A DNA stretch of 64,000 nt. It comes from Octopus bimaculoides (lineage: Eukaryota). The position numbers and the translations under genes are program-made. Shown piece by piece: positions 50,470 to 63,093 of this stretch. How positions within the stretch are numbered: position 1 is the stretch's first letter; the number at the start of each line of letters is the position of its first letter. The notes under the pieces are model-generated. The model had not been told where the DNA came from, searched no databases, and saw only the letters and a program-made list of their open reading frames with translations. The stretch lies in NCBI RefSeq assembly GCF_001194135.2, contig NC_068984.1:30712409-30776408 (forward strand), given 5' to 3'.

Positions 50470-50550
50470 TCATCACAATCACCACCACCACCACCACCAC
50501 CACCATTATCATTATTGTCATCATCATCACCGTCATTGTCATCATCAATT
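50470..50550. repeat. (ACC)n/(ATC)n trinucleotide repeat
   Basis: Direct inspection. Confidence 0.9.
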
Positions 50551-53500
50551 ATTTAGAAGCATAAGTTTAATTTTCAGATTTGTCAGATATTTTCTTTCAT
50601 AAGGGAGCACAAAATGTTTTCCCAGAGAAAGGTGAATGGCATTGTGATGTTCTTGATCATCATAAACAAACCATTATTATCATCATTAATTTTATTCTAG
50701 CATAGATTAGATTAGCCATTTCTGCATCCTTGTTTTACTCCTGCAACATCTCTCACCCTTTCTTTTCAGGTCTTCTTTTGAATTTTGCTGTTCTTCAGCA
50801 CATTCATTACACCAGCATTGATTAGCACATTTTCATGTGAAGCTTTCTGATTAGGAAAATTAATCAAATAATTAATTAGTGAATAATTTGTTGCATACTA
50901 CTACCATCTTCATTTTAAACATAAAGGCTTATAAAATTTTCTAAATTACCAAATATGAAAATATGTAATAAGAATTTTATTGTAACAAATATGCTTGGAA
51001 ATTTTTCAAGGAAACCTTTTTATATGAAAGAGTCTAAAATTTTTGTTGCTCTTATAGCATCATTGGACAAATCTCATGTTTTTACTTAGCCATGGTTTGG
51101 GGGGCATTTTCATTTGAAAAATCTTTCAATATGAAGAACATTATTTTTAGAATTTGTATTTTCCATTAGGAGGTATATAGAGTAATTCTATGTTTCTAAC
51201 AAATAGACAGGTCCTGTTACTTAGCCATATTAGAGCCATATTAACCATATTAGCCATATTAGAGCCAGTAAATTAGCAAAATCAGTAGAGTAATGGACAA
51301 AATGTCTTGTAATATTTCACAGTTTACCTTCTTGCTCGGAGTTCAACCTCTTGTTTGAATGAACTTTACATTTCGTCATTTCAAGATTGATAAAACAAAT
51401 TCCAGACAAGTGTTTGGTTTGACATTTGATAAATTTAATACTGGCCATCTCATAAATTCATGCTTTCGTGTAAGATCCATCGAAAAGATTGATAGCTACA
51501 ATTTGTTTCTGGTGATAACAGGGAACATACAACCATGTCTGTATCATAAATTTTACTGTAAAAGATGCTTTTTGTTTCACTTGTCACAGCATGACAGGAA
51601 GTGTGGCTCAGATGTTTGGGTATTGCAATATAATGAATAGATATCATTTACACTACTGTGGATAATCTACTATAACATAATGTTCTTTGTATTCTGAGCT
51701 GACATGGGACTGGTAAGGACCAGATATGAATAGCTGTTATAACATAAATTTCATTTGGTGACTGGCTAATGACCTCTTTTATATTTAAATGTGGGGAAAA
51801 TACAAACTGCATAAAATAACCAAATTCTTCATTATCAAATTAGTGACACACATGCCTGAATCAGCAAGATTCCAATTACTTCTAGTTACTGTCTAGCAAA
51901 AGTACAGTCAAGAGAACTGGTTTTGACTAATTGGTGGAAAAAGACGGCGTATTCTTTCACTATAATTCCATTTTGTAAACATAAGCAATGATAAGTGTAA
52001 CATGTAAGAGCCATTATACTTCACCACAACACTCCACTAATTACTGTGTTTGTCAGCACTAGTAAAATTTCACTTCTTCCATTATTTCCTTCTTCATTTG
52101 ATTATGTGGATAATGGGCTATCATTGAGTGCAATATGTACAAACGTAGCTGTTTCTATCTGTTGCAACATGTACAAATGTAATTGTGCACCTATGCAATG
52201 CACCTTCCTGAGGCAAAATGACTAACAGAGATATAAATAGGTGAGCTCAATGAGTACAGAATTCTTCTGTGGATAAAAGGTGTCAAAATTCGAATGATAA
52301 TAGGAGAGTGTGATGTATTGGTCCACTTTTCTAGGTTGTGTCAGTTAAGGATTGTAAAAAGGATACCCCATGTATATCTGGCTATAGTGATCAAGTAGTC
52401 ATAACTATGTAACTTTCTCCTCTTTAAATACTGATTCTTCTTATCATTGCAAAGTAAAATCTGCTGTGTTGAACTGCTCTCACAACAAAGATAGAAGGTA
52501 AAGTTAGTTTAGACTCCCATGATATATGTTAGTTTTAGCAAGCAAGAGAGGTAAATAGGTTAGTTTTATATGGTCATAAATTAATTTTATCTGGCTAGTA
52601 AATATATTTTCTGTATGATTATGACGTCTAGTACAAGTCAAATATATAAGTACAGCTGTTTTCAAACACCATATCATGACTCATTGATAAGCTTGTGTCT
52701 TTCCTGCAGGTGTTAACTTACAGCAGTTTAAATGGCATATTAATAACATTACTCTGATTTGTTTTTGGTTGTTTCTGAATGGAATGGGCACTGTCCCTCT
52801 TTTCAGACTCAGAGACTCACTAAGTAAAAGTAAAGAAAAATAACAGCATTGCTTTTATTTTTACACAGCATGTAAATTTGTCAAGCTGTACCTCATTGGT
52901 AATGTCAAGTTAGACAAATTTATATGAAACAACTCTTGTCAAGCAGCATGTCATTTGTTATATTATATATAGAACATGATAAATAAAGTTTTCCTTGGTG
53001 TTCTTTAATACTCATTGTCACTATTTTTACAAATAACCAATGCAATAAACTACAAAGCAATGTAATCATTGTTTCTTAAATTGTGTAAATTTGTCCCAGT
53101 TCAATCAGCTATAGGTAGACATGACCAATGAGGCATTGCTTGATAAGGGTACTATTGTTTAAGTCTGTTCACCTTGTGTCAACAATTGCTAGACATAAGC
53201 AATGAGTTACTACTAGGCAGGATTAGAAGTGTGTGATTCTATTCAAGCTATAACAGCAATGGACAGACATCAACATCAAGATGAAATACAATAAAGGTAC
53301 CATTATGTAAATCTAGCTTACATTAATAATAGCTACATAGGATATAAAAAGGAGATTCTGCTTGGTAGGAGTAGCATCGTTTAGATCTGTACAACTATCA
53401 TGTTAGCAAAAGTACAAAATGCATGCATATAAAAAATTGGCTTAAATTAAATGTGTTAGTGAAAACGCAATAAAATTACTGTAGGTTTTGTTAAATTTTC

Positions 53501-54804
53501 CTCACTATTTTTCAGAATATATCTTATTTAGTTATAAAGGCTTTATTTGTTATAAATGAAACTGGACAACCCAAGGGAGTAAACTGTTTTGTCATTCTTT
53601 ATTTAGCTGCCATAGTTGTGTGTCTAATGACACTAATACAGCATAATCTAGATTAAAATCATTATCATTATCTAGAAGAAGAGAAAGCAGTTTGTAAACT
53701 GGAAACTTTACAAAAAAATGTAAAAAATCAAATAAACCATGACCATTCAATTTGAGAATTATTATTTTCAACTCTGTTGGAGAAAATTTTGTTAAAATTT
53801 CCCCTAAATAATAGATAATATTAGTAACAAAAATGTAAATAAAAACATCTAAAAAATAAAAAACCAAAAACAAATTATGCCAAAATGATTTGACTCAATT
53901 TCAGTAGATAATTTTTTTAAAATATATTTTTAGAACTTTAGAAAGAACAACAAATGAATATTGATAAAATAGTGAAAGATACTTTTTTTTATTTTAAATT
54001 AATTTCTCCAATTCTCAAAATTGAAGAAGAAATATATTGTGTTGAAAGGAATCTTTCAATTTGACTAAAATCCAAGTTTGTGTTATTTGTTATATTATTT
54101 GTTTTGTTAGATTGCTTTCCAACCCTTATTATCCTAAAGTCTAAGAATTGAAGGTTTCTAGACTCTGGTTGGTTATCATTTTCATCATTAACTGTCTCAT
54201 TTTCCAAATTGACTTAGTGCACAATTAGTGAAAAATTGGATGCTATGTATACATGACAGGCTTTTCTATTGTTAATATATTCCATCCGTGAATAGCTCTG
54301 AATCAATCACAGAAATATTAATTCAACATAGGCTGCTTCTTTTCAAAATGTTTCTATCTATACAATTGCATCTAATAATTCATTTGCAGATATCAATTTA
54401 GATATCTTACTTTCTACACAAGCCACTTACTGCCTTATTTTTTTTTTCTTCATAAACTGACTGTCGTTTCTGAATTTACTGATATTAATTGAAATTCAGT
54501 CAAAATTTGTTTTATTTTCAGCTTTTGAACTTTATGTATACATTTTTACATATTTTTGCTGTAATATATAATTAATTTTGCATTTTATATTATAGACTGC
54601 AACCATATTCTTGCATATACATGACAAAATTGCCTTTACAACTATAATAGTATTTATTTTTATAGTTTGTACTTCCATATAAACTTGAACAATAACGTTT
54701 TTCATAACTAATTAGAGAAATATTATTTCTAATATTGAAGTAAAGATTCTCCACAAGTATTATACTAGAAGCAAACTACATAGCTATTTCAAATTGCAAG
54801 CTGG

Positions 54805-55101
54805 TATGGATTACAGTTCTATATTTAAGAGATGAGGAATTATGTACGTTATTTACATTCGACGGATATTCATCTTTATCTTGTTTGTTATTGACACAAC
54901 GTTTTGGCTGATATACCCTCCAGCCTTCTTCAGGTGTCTTCAGGAAATTTCGAACCTGGGTTCTCATTCCTAAGGTTTTTTTTCGATGTTACTATTATTA
55001 TTATTATTATTACTATTGTTATTGTTCAGGTCACTGCTTGGAATCGAACTTGGAATCTTGGGGTTAGTAGCCTGTGCTCTTAACCACTATACCATATCCC
55101 C
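54805..55101 (-). mobile_element. tRNA-headed SINE carrying a hammerhead-ribozyme motif and a Penelope-like 3' part
   Basis: Minus strand, in order: A box TGGTATAGTGG (55084-55094), B box AGTTCGATTCC (55040-55050), (AAT)n linker, second B-box-like GGTTCGAAATTTCC (~54943-54956), hammerhead 54893-54938, and a tail shared with 59297-59390. Confidence 0.8.
54893..54938 (-). ncRNA. Minimal type I hammerhead ribozyme fold (G12A variant in this copy)
   Basis: GACAC-CTGAAGA-A-GGCTG-GAGGGTATAT-CAGCC-AAAAC-GTT-GTGTC. Stem I GACAC/GTGTC, core CUGANGA, stem II GGCUG/CAGCC, (G>A)AAA, palindromic AACGUU stem III and a GUU cleavage triplet. Confidence 0.75.
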
Positions 55102-55349
55102 ATGGGCAGAGGCCTACCTTCAGAAGAGTACTGTCAACGAAGTGTGTGTTTATGTAAATCCTGCCATATGGTTCTTCAACTTTCATCTCTGCATTCATAA
55201 AAATTTTCCTCATTTCATTTATTATTCTACTTCTGTATTGCAATGCTTCAAGTAAACTAAGGGCACTCTTATTTGAGGATATTTTCTTGAGTGATTTAAT
55301 ACCTATACTTTGGTAGAATTAAATGGCAATAAATTACTTTGTTGTTGTT

Positions 55350-55535
55350 GAAAAAAATTTATCCCAAGTCAACCTTGAAGGAGCAAATGTTCTAGCTATG
55401 ATTATCCAGCTTTTTTCAGATATTATACACATGGATCATAACCAATGTTCTTTCTAAAAACAGCAAAGCGCAATTTAAAGGTTGCTTTGTTGCTATTTCT
55501 AGGAAGTTGAGTTATTATGTAGAACTTCCTGTGTT
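55350..55535 (-). mobile_element. Dispersed repeat family C copy
   Basis: Minus strand AACTCAACTTCCTAGAAATAGCAACAAAG..GAAAGAACATTGG..CTTCAAGGTTGACTTGGG. Confidence 0.5.
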
Positions 55536-56929
55536 GAATTGAATCATAGAAGTTATTTTACTTATTGTTGGGATATGCTGTCGTATATTTTCCATATTTG
55601 ATGAAGCTACTCTCAGTCAGAGAAAGTTAAGTGAACATATGCAACTATTGCAGAGAACATTGCTTTAAGACTATGACTGCAGTGCTATCTGCAGTGAATT
55701 CTTCATTGAACAAATTTCACAATGTGGTGGTGAGACGAATACATAATGACATTGTTTAAATGGGTATTGATTACAAGTTTATTTGACTTGAGAACATTTA
55801 TTTAAGTTAACTGAAAGAAGTTTGTTTTTTGCTGAGGAGCTCTAATAAGACTGAAATATGCCAGTAGTTTTTTCTTCTATTTGATGAAAGTTAATGTAAT
55901 ATCAATCACTGAAAAAAAAACTGTTTTTTTTCTCAGTGTGTAAGTATTTCTGATTGGTTATTTAATGCTTACTCCATTAAAGAAATTGATATCCTTTAGA
56001 TCTACATCACTTTAGAAGGAGTTTGATATTTGAAATATTCAAAATTTCAAATTTCCTAATATTATATGATTGCTGACTGTATTTGATATCAAAGGTCATT
56101 TGAGACAAATTTCAACTCATACAATGTATTTCTTATAACCTGGTATTGCAAGGTAAAACTGGATTCTCCCCTTGATATCTAACATGTACTTCAAGGCATT
56201 CTAGAAGAGAAGTAAAAGTTTTATTGCTCAGGAATGTGATGCAAGCAAATCAAACGTCTTTGATGATGCCACAGAACTATTAATAATAAATGAATATTAT
56301 ACTATTTAATATGTCATTACCTGCATCCACTCCCCAAATTATTGACAATATTAACGAGTTAATATCGTTTGAGACAAGAAATAATCAAGTTGGCTACAGG
56401 AACTGCTTATTTGAAGATTAAACCAAATCTAGGTAAGAAATTATTTTTACTGAGGAACGTATTTCTTATTATTTATAATAGTTCACTGTTATTCATTCTT
56501 GAACTATTCTGAAGAAGAAATCTTATTTCAATGCTGGATGACTTATTTACAGAAATAGAAAGTCAGTACTAACACACTTAAGCTGGCATCCTCAGTAACT
56601 TTAATTAATTAAAGTTATACTTATATCAAGGTAAGGTAAACTTTATTTTCTTTCCTTGGTAAAATCAAATCAAAGATGATGAAAAAATTATACTCTTTAA
56701 TATGTTTTCATTTATCTCTTCTGTAGCAATGTACGTCTGCTTGTCCATCAGTCTTTCAGTACCTATCAGAAAGCAACCTACCTACACTCGACTTTCTCAA
56801 ATAATTTCTTCTTGGTATTGGGAGCATTATCTTTTGTTTTTTTCTCTTCTTTTACTGTCTTGCATGTTGCACAGCAAACTAACTAGTACTGGTGATGCAC
56901 AATAAGCATCCAGTATACTCTATAAAGTA

Positions 56930-57078
56930 GTTGCTATTAGGAAGGGCATGAAACAAAAAAACAAAAACTATGCCAAAGCTGATATTGGAGCTTGACATGG
57001 CCTTGCAGCTCACTGAATCCTGTCAAACAATCAAATCCTTGCCAGCATGGAAAATTTACATCAAATGATGATGATGAT
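56930..57078 (+). mobile_element. SINE family A 3' part
   Basis: TATTAGGAAGGGCATG..TGTCAAACAATCAAATCCTTGCCAGCATGGAAAA..AAATGATGATGATG. Confidence 0.75.
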
Positions 57079-58740
57079 AATTGAAATGGTTTGACATGGT
57101 AATGCTCTGTAGAGTTAAAACTGGAAATAGGTAAATAATGCAAGGGAGAACATTTTGATCTTTGGCAGGGGCAGTGACAGCTTTGGACTCAGATTAGTTG
57201 TCATGCTTTACTGAAATATCGTTTTCTTTTCCCAAAATGAACAAAATATCATAGAGCATAGATTGGTAAAGACTTTTAAAATATACAGAAACAGATTTGA
57301 GAGTTTAATAAATATTATCTAGATATGCACAGCTCTTCATAAGATCTAGTTATCAATTCCAAATATAATGTTATCTTTCCAACAAAGATAATTACCCTAA
57401 AGGAATGATATATTTGTTATCAGATATCCTAGTGAAGAATTATAAGCAAATTCTATAATTAAAAAAAATATATTTATGCTTGTATTTTATATCTATCTTG
57501 CTTCTGTAGTTATTTATGTTTTATAATTGTGTTATGTATCAAATTGTTAGATATATTGTACCACTAAAGATTATACATTATATTAATAAATTACATGAAC
57601 ATAGAAAATGGCCCATGGAACTTGTTTATAATACATAATGTAAATTGTATATAGTATGAGGCTAAAATACATTAACATCTGATATCTTCGTATCTACCCA
57701 GAAATAACTGATTTAGTAATATCATATCATACAAGATATTAAAACTAAAGAAATAATTCTTACCTAGCTAGAATAATAATGTATACATAAAATTAATAAG
57801 AAAGATACTGGCTAAATAGAAAATAAAATATCATCTGGTAATACAAGTACAGAAGCCATTACATTTATGCTGAAACATAGCATTTATCTGGAGGCAAAAC
57901 TGCTGTAGAGATTATAGTTATATCTGCTTAAGAATATAAATATTTTAGACAAAGAAGTATTGGAACAGAAATACTGAAAATATTCTTGCCTATGAGACAA
58001 TAAATGGTTGATTAGATTTTTATGGAGAAAATAAAATAGTAGAACATAACTTGCAGCTTAAACTTTTGTTGAGTACACCTGTTGAAATTTTTGTTCTAAC
58101 TTCAACAGTTTGAAGATAAAATTTCCAACCCCTTAAGCTACATCCTTATTACTTTCATCTAACTTGTGTATAGCAATGGAGACAATCATTTACAACCATT
58201 TATACGATCTTGAATTTCATTCTTTTGCAATCATGTCTTTGTAATTCAACATATAAGGAGCCTCAAGATATAAGAAATCTTGGCAAAATCAAAGCTGTTG
58301 CACTTGAAATTATCTAACAAGGCATTAACAGAAATATCATTATTCATAAATACAAACGTGTGTAACTGCCTTCCTTTTCTCGGTGTATAAATACTACACA
58401 CACACATATTCACAGATACATACCTGCAATTGTGTATGTATATACAAGTACAGTCATGCATCTAAGAGCACATCAACAATATGGCTTTGGGAAAATACAA
58501 CAGAAGAGAATTCTGTATATTAAATACAAACATGGTAAAGTTTCACAAATGCAATATAGTGAATTCTAAAACTTCAATTAACTGAGATTATTGTTTTTAG
58601 AGCTCACGTAATCATAAAGGGAGTTTTTGCCTAACAAATGCATTGGTTATGTTTTTAGTTGACTTTATTACATATGTAAAACCCTATCATATTGATGTTT
58701 AGTATGCAGGATTCTCCCTCCTACCTACCTAAGTACTTAC

Positions 58741-58789
58741 CCCAGCAATAGCCTTGATATTCATCAACAGCAACACGTTTACTCTGCTT
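58741..58789 (-). other. Candidate 49-nt exon (KQSKRVAVDEYQGYCW or SRVNVLLLMNIKAIAG)
   Basis: Donor GGG|GTAAGT is consensus, but the acceptor TATATTTAAG| is weak. Two frames are open. Confidence 0.2.
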
Positions 58790-58829
58790 CTTAAATATAC
58801 ATATACTAATACATGCATACACATTTCAT

Positions 58830-59145
58830 CTTCCTCCTCCTCCTCCTCCTCCTCCTCCTCCTCATCATCATCATCATCATCATCATCATCGTCATCATCA
58901 TCATCATCATAACCATCTTCATCATGTAGTGCCTGTTTTCCATGCTGGCATGGGTTAGATGGTTTGACAGGAATTGGTAAGCTAGAGAGCTGCACCAGAT
59001 TCCAGTCTGATTTTGGGTTGGTTTCTACGGCTGGATGCCCTTCTTAACTCCAACAACCCCATAGAGTGTACTGGGTGCCTTTTATATATATCGCCAGCAT
59101 GAGTGCCTCTTATGTGCCACTGGCATGAGGGCATTTTACATGTCA
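58830..59145 (-). mobile_element. SINE family A with an expanded (CCT)n(CAT)n tail
   Basis: GCCTGTTTTCCATGCTGGCATGGGTTAGATGGTTTGACAG..TACGGCTGGATGCCCTTCTTAA plus internal GTGCC units. Confidence 0.85.
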
Positions 59146-59296
59146 TAAAGATATATGTCTGTATGTATTTATGTATTATATATATGCGTATGTGTGTACA
59201 CATATAAGAGAGAGAGGGGGTGAGAGGTGCAGGCACAGTTATGTTGTTGAGATGTTCACTTTCCAATTGCATGGTTTAGAGATTAGTGCCACTATA

Positions 59297-59425
59297 CTTC
59301 TATATCTTAGAGATGTGAAATTATGTACATTATTTACATCATTTATATTGGACGGATATGTGTCCCCATCTTATTTCTTTCTACCACAACGTTTCGGTCG
59401 ATTTACTCTCCAGTCTTACTCTCCA
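59297..59425 (-). mobile_element. Second, 5'-truncated copy of the hammerhead-bearing repeat
   Basis: Minus strand GACTGGAGAGTAAATCGACCGAAACGTTGTGG..ATATCCGTC..TGTAAATAATGTACATAATTTCACATCTCT aligns to 54810-54925 and keeps GAAAC-GTT. Confidence 0.8.
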
Positions 59426-59999
59426 AACTCCATCACCCACGTCGTTGATCCAGCATTTTTCACAGTGCATTGTTATTCACGAATAGCAAAGTTATATCGT
59501 CAAAGGAAGAATGAATTCTCAGCTAGTGTTGAAGTTAGCAACTTGGGTAATTGATTTCTACTATAGTCATGGACCACACAATCATCTTGTGAGGGAATTT
59601 TGTTGATTTGAAATCTGCAGGAAGGCTATTGTAAATGCACGTCTTTGTATGCAAGTGTGTGTATGTATGAATGTAGTTACTTTATTTCATGACAACCTGA
59701 ATAAAATGATGGCGTTGATATTATGACCAGTTGCTCAGCACCTTCAAAAATATCTGCAGTAAGATACAATCCTTTGTGGAAAATAGGTAAGTCCTAAAAG
59801 TTTGCCACAAAATAATAACCACGTTGATTTTAGTGGATTCCTCACACTTTTATAAGCAATTTTCACTATATATTTGGAATAAATTCCAATGGCAATTTCC
59901 TACGTAATATATTGGTTTAAAATGTTGGCACTAGATCAGACCTATGTAATATATTAATATAATCTATAGATTTTAAGGTGTCAAGCATGAAGAATCATT

Positions 60000-60190
60000 A
60001 GCCTACTGCACAAAATGCTTAGTAGTATTTCGTCCATCTTTATGTTCTAAGTTCAATTTCTGCCGAAGTTGACTTTGCCTTTCATCCTTTTGGGACTGAT
60101 AAAATAAATGCTAGTTGAGTACTGGGGTCAATGCAATCGATTTACTCCTCCTCCAAAATTGCTGGCCTTGTGCCAAAAATTTGAAATCGA
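60000..60190 (+). mobile_element. SINE family B
   Basis: AAATGCTTAGTAGTATTTCGTC..GTTCTAAGTTCAATTTCTGCCGAAGTTGACTTTGCCTTTCATCCTTTTGGG..ACTGGGGTCAATGCAATCGA. Confidence 0.8.
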
Positions 60191-60369
60191 TATGATCTAT
60201 AAGTTTTAGTAGTACAGTTGCATCCAGCAGTTGAATATATAGCACACTTATAAAAGCAAAAAATTAAGAGAGATCGATAAGGATGTTGCACAAAAGTATA
60301 CATTATAGATTTTGTAGCATTGCCTCTGACTTCTTTATATTTTATGAACACTGGATGTAAAGTTACCTG

Positions 60370-60640
60370 GCTCTTGGCATGTCCTTCCCTCAGACAGCTG
60401 AATGTTGACAGCTGTAGGAAAAACATGGACAAGATAATTCTAGGAGTCTATATTCTATGGAAAAATAAAGAATGTAGTGGTTAGCACAGAACCTAGGAGT
60501 ATTTAGGTCGACACTATATAGGGTGAGGGAAGAAGAGGAAAGACTATTATGCTAAGAGTATCTGAGGAAAGATCAGTTAATCCAAGGAGAAGATACCATT
60601 GATTGTAAAAGTTAGAGAAATCATTCTTGACTTGTAGGGA
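60370..60640 (-). mobile_element. CR1/L2-type LINE RT remnant
   Basis: Minus strand ..TGTCGACCTAAATACTCCTAGGTTCTGTGCTAACCACTACATTCTTTATTTTT.. resembles the GVPQGSVLSPTLFLIF region; frames broken. Confidence 0.45.
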
Positions 60641-62839
60641 CATGGTATTTCGTTAAGCAACCATAATATGCTACAAAGTATATTAAACATTTTTATAAGT
60701 GTTCTACTGAGTTAGCAGTGCTATTACATCACTTGTTAATGTTATCTTTACAGATGTTCTATAGAAATTATAGCGAGCATTTATTTAGTTGTGTGATTTC
60801 ATATCTGAAATGCCAGATGTAAGCAACAGCAATGTTTACATCAAGCATCTTAGATATGAAACATCCTAAGAAAATTAGTGCTGGCTATAATTTCTATAAA
60901 AAATATATAGAGATAATTTTAACAAAATCAGAGAAATCAGAGAAAGGTGATATGTCAATGGGCCAGACTGGAATGTGATGTGAACTTAGAATGGAGAAAT
61001 ATATATTGAAACAATACAAGGTATTTAATTAAATACTTTATAATTTCTATTAAAATATGGTAATACTCTACACGTCATCAAAATAAATTATAAATTGCCA
61101 ACTCTGTCAAACACTTAGCTTGGGGTTTTCAATTGAATGCCTACCTCCTAACATCAGTGTAGCATGGTTCATATAGGAATAATTCTAGTTAACAGTCTAA
61201 AATCATCATGTGCTATTTAAAAGATCAATAGTTCTTGTGACAGGCAATGTGCTTGCCTTGAGGTTTGGTTTTGTTTGATATTGAATTTATTAATGATTTA
61301 CAACATGTCAGAGATTGAAGAGAATAAACATAGGTTCAGCCATCAAGAATTGAGAAGAAAATTTAATGAGACAATAAAAATTCCGAAAAAGAAGTTTGTT
61401 AAATTTTTTTAAAAATTATAATAAGAGTAAATAAACATAGTTAGAACTTCAACTTATAATTAGAAACATGCACATGCACACACACATACACAAAAACAGT
61501 GACATTTGTTCACACATACACAAGTTTATTGCTGCAGGCCAAGAAGAGAGACCTGATGTGTAACCTATCATCAGTCCTGCTCTGTGTATATTGCAAACAC
61601 ATTTAGTGCATGAAAAAAATACAAACATATTTAAAATAGCAAACTGGTATAATTTAAATGTCACTGCAATAATTGAATCCTTAATTCGAATCTGCAACTC
61701 TTTCTGTCACTTGATTGCCTTTATTGCATTAATGATATTGGCAATGCTGTCAAGCCATTATTTCTACTCTGGGTACGTTCTCATAATTATGAAAAATTTT
61801 ATATTGTTTGTCAAAGACTAGGTAGTATTAATCACAATAAAAAAAATTTTGCTAAGTCAGAGTGGTACGAATTGCATTTAAATGTACTTTCTCTGCACAA
61901 CACCCAATTTTAAATTTTCCAGTCCATGCCATCAGCTAGCATCCACTGCATAAATGTTATAGTTCTTTTAATTTATTAGAATTGTGAACTATGGCATTGT
62001 TTAATGTTAATTTACTGCCGACAAATAATAGTTCACAATCTGACATAGATAACAAATGTTTTCTGTCACTTGAATAACTTACTGTTTATTTGTTTCATTA
62101 CAATTTCAGCTTTCATTTATTTTCCGGCATTTTTGCTGGTTCAATTGTAGTTGTAGTCTAAAAAGTATGTACAACAATATGTACTTGAAGCATCACTTCT
62201 AAAGTCATTTTTTTATGTATGATATTGACTCTGTTTTGGCAACAGTAAGTTAAAAATGATGTTTCAAATGAACACAGCTTAAAAGGCGACATTACTGATT
62301 TACTGATGGTTTCATTTCACATAAGCAACAAGAAAATTTCTTTCATTCAAGAGAAACGTAAATAACTGAGTTATAAATAGACTTCTGCTCGTAGTCTGAA
62401 TGAGTTGTAGATTATATGAGGATAAGATTAAAATACCTTATATCTAAAACCCTCTGAGACATTAGGGTGTATGTTTAATTCATACATTTTAGGTAGCATG
62501 TATTACTTGTAAACTGAATTTTGTGAACTTGAAACTTGACATGAGGATCAATACTAATATCAAGAGAATTACAGTAAATTAGCAGAATCAGTAAAGCATC
62601 TTACAAAATGGATTTAAATATTTAGATGCATCCCTCTGCATTAAATCTCCTTCAGAAGCCAATTTTATTTTGTGTCCATTGTAAATAGATCAAGAACGAA
62701 TCAAGTGCTGAGCTTGATGCATTTATCATTTTCCCATCTCAAGAAATCTTTGAGTTTTTGGTTATTTATGAAATTGAGATCATTTTTTCAAGCCATTCAT
62801 TTCTTAGTGACATATGTGGGCCTATACGTGCATACAGCC

Positions 62840-63055
62840 TTACATATATATACTGTTATATTTCAGGATGGCCATTTAAATTTTTTTTTTTTTTTGCCAA
62901 ATAAACATATTATATATTCTATATATTCCTATCTGGCCCTACCTCCCCACCAAAAAAAAAGGAAAGAAAAGCAAATGACCATCCCAATGTATAACAATAT
63001 CTGTTTCAACACACAATTTCTCATCAGGAATCTTGCAAAACAAATGCATAAAAGT
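62840..63055. repeat. Unclassified repeat with an internal inverted repeat, related to 5925-6060
   Basis: TACTGTTATATTTCAGGATGGCCATTT (~62841-62867) versus AAATGACCATCCCAATGTATAACAATA (~62973-62999) in inverted orientation. Confidence 0.7.
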
Positions 63056-63060
63056 ATATA

Positions 63061-63093
<33 letters not shown>

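Noticed and set aside
50201-50564. His/Asp-rich or Met/Ile-rich ORFs
   Set aside because: They come from a decayed (CAT/GAT)n trinucleotide region with stops in the His/Asp frame.
34672-55101. tRNA-like sequences at 34672, 48883, 55028-55101 and others as tRNA genes
   Set aside because: They lack a full cloverleaf and acceptor stem and continue into repeat bodies, so they are SINE heads.
58729-58995. Poly-Asp/Glu ORF
   Set aside because: It is the reverse complement of the (CCT)n(CAT)n tail of a SINE.
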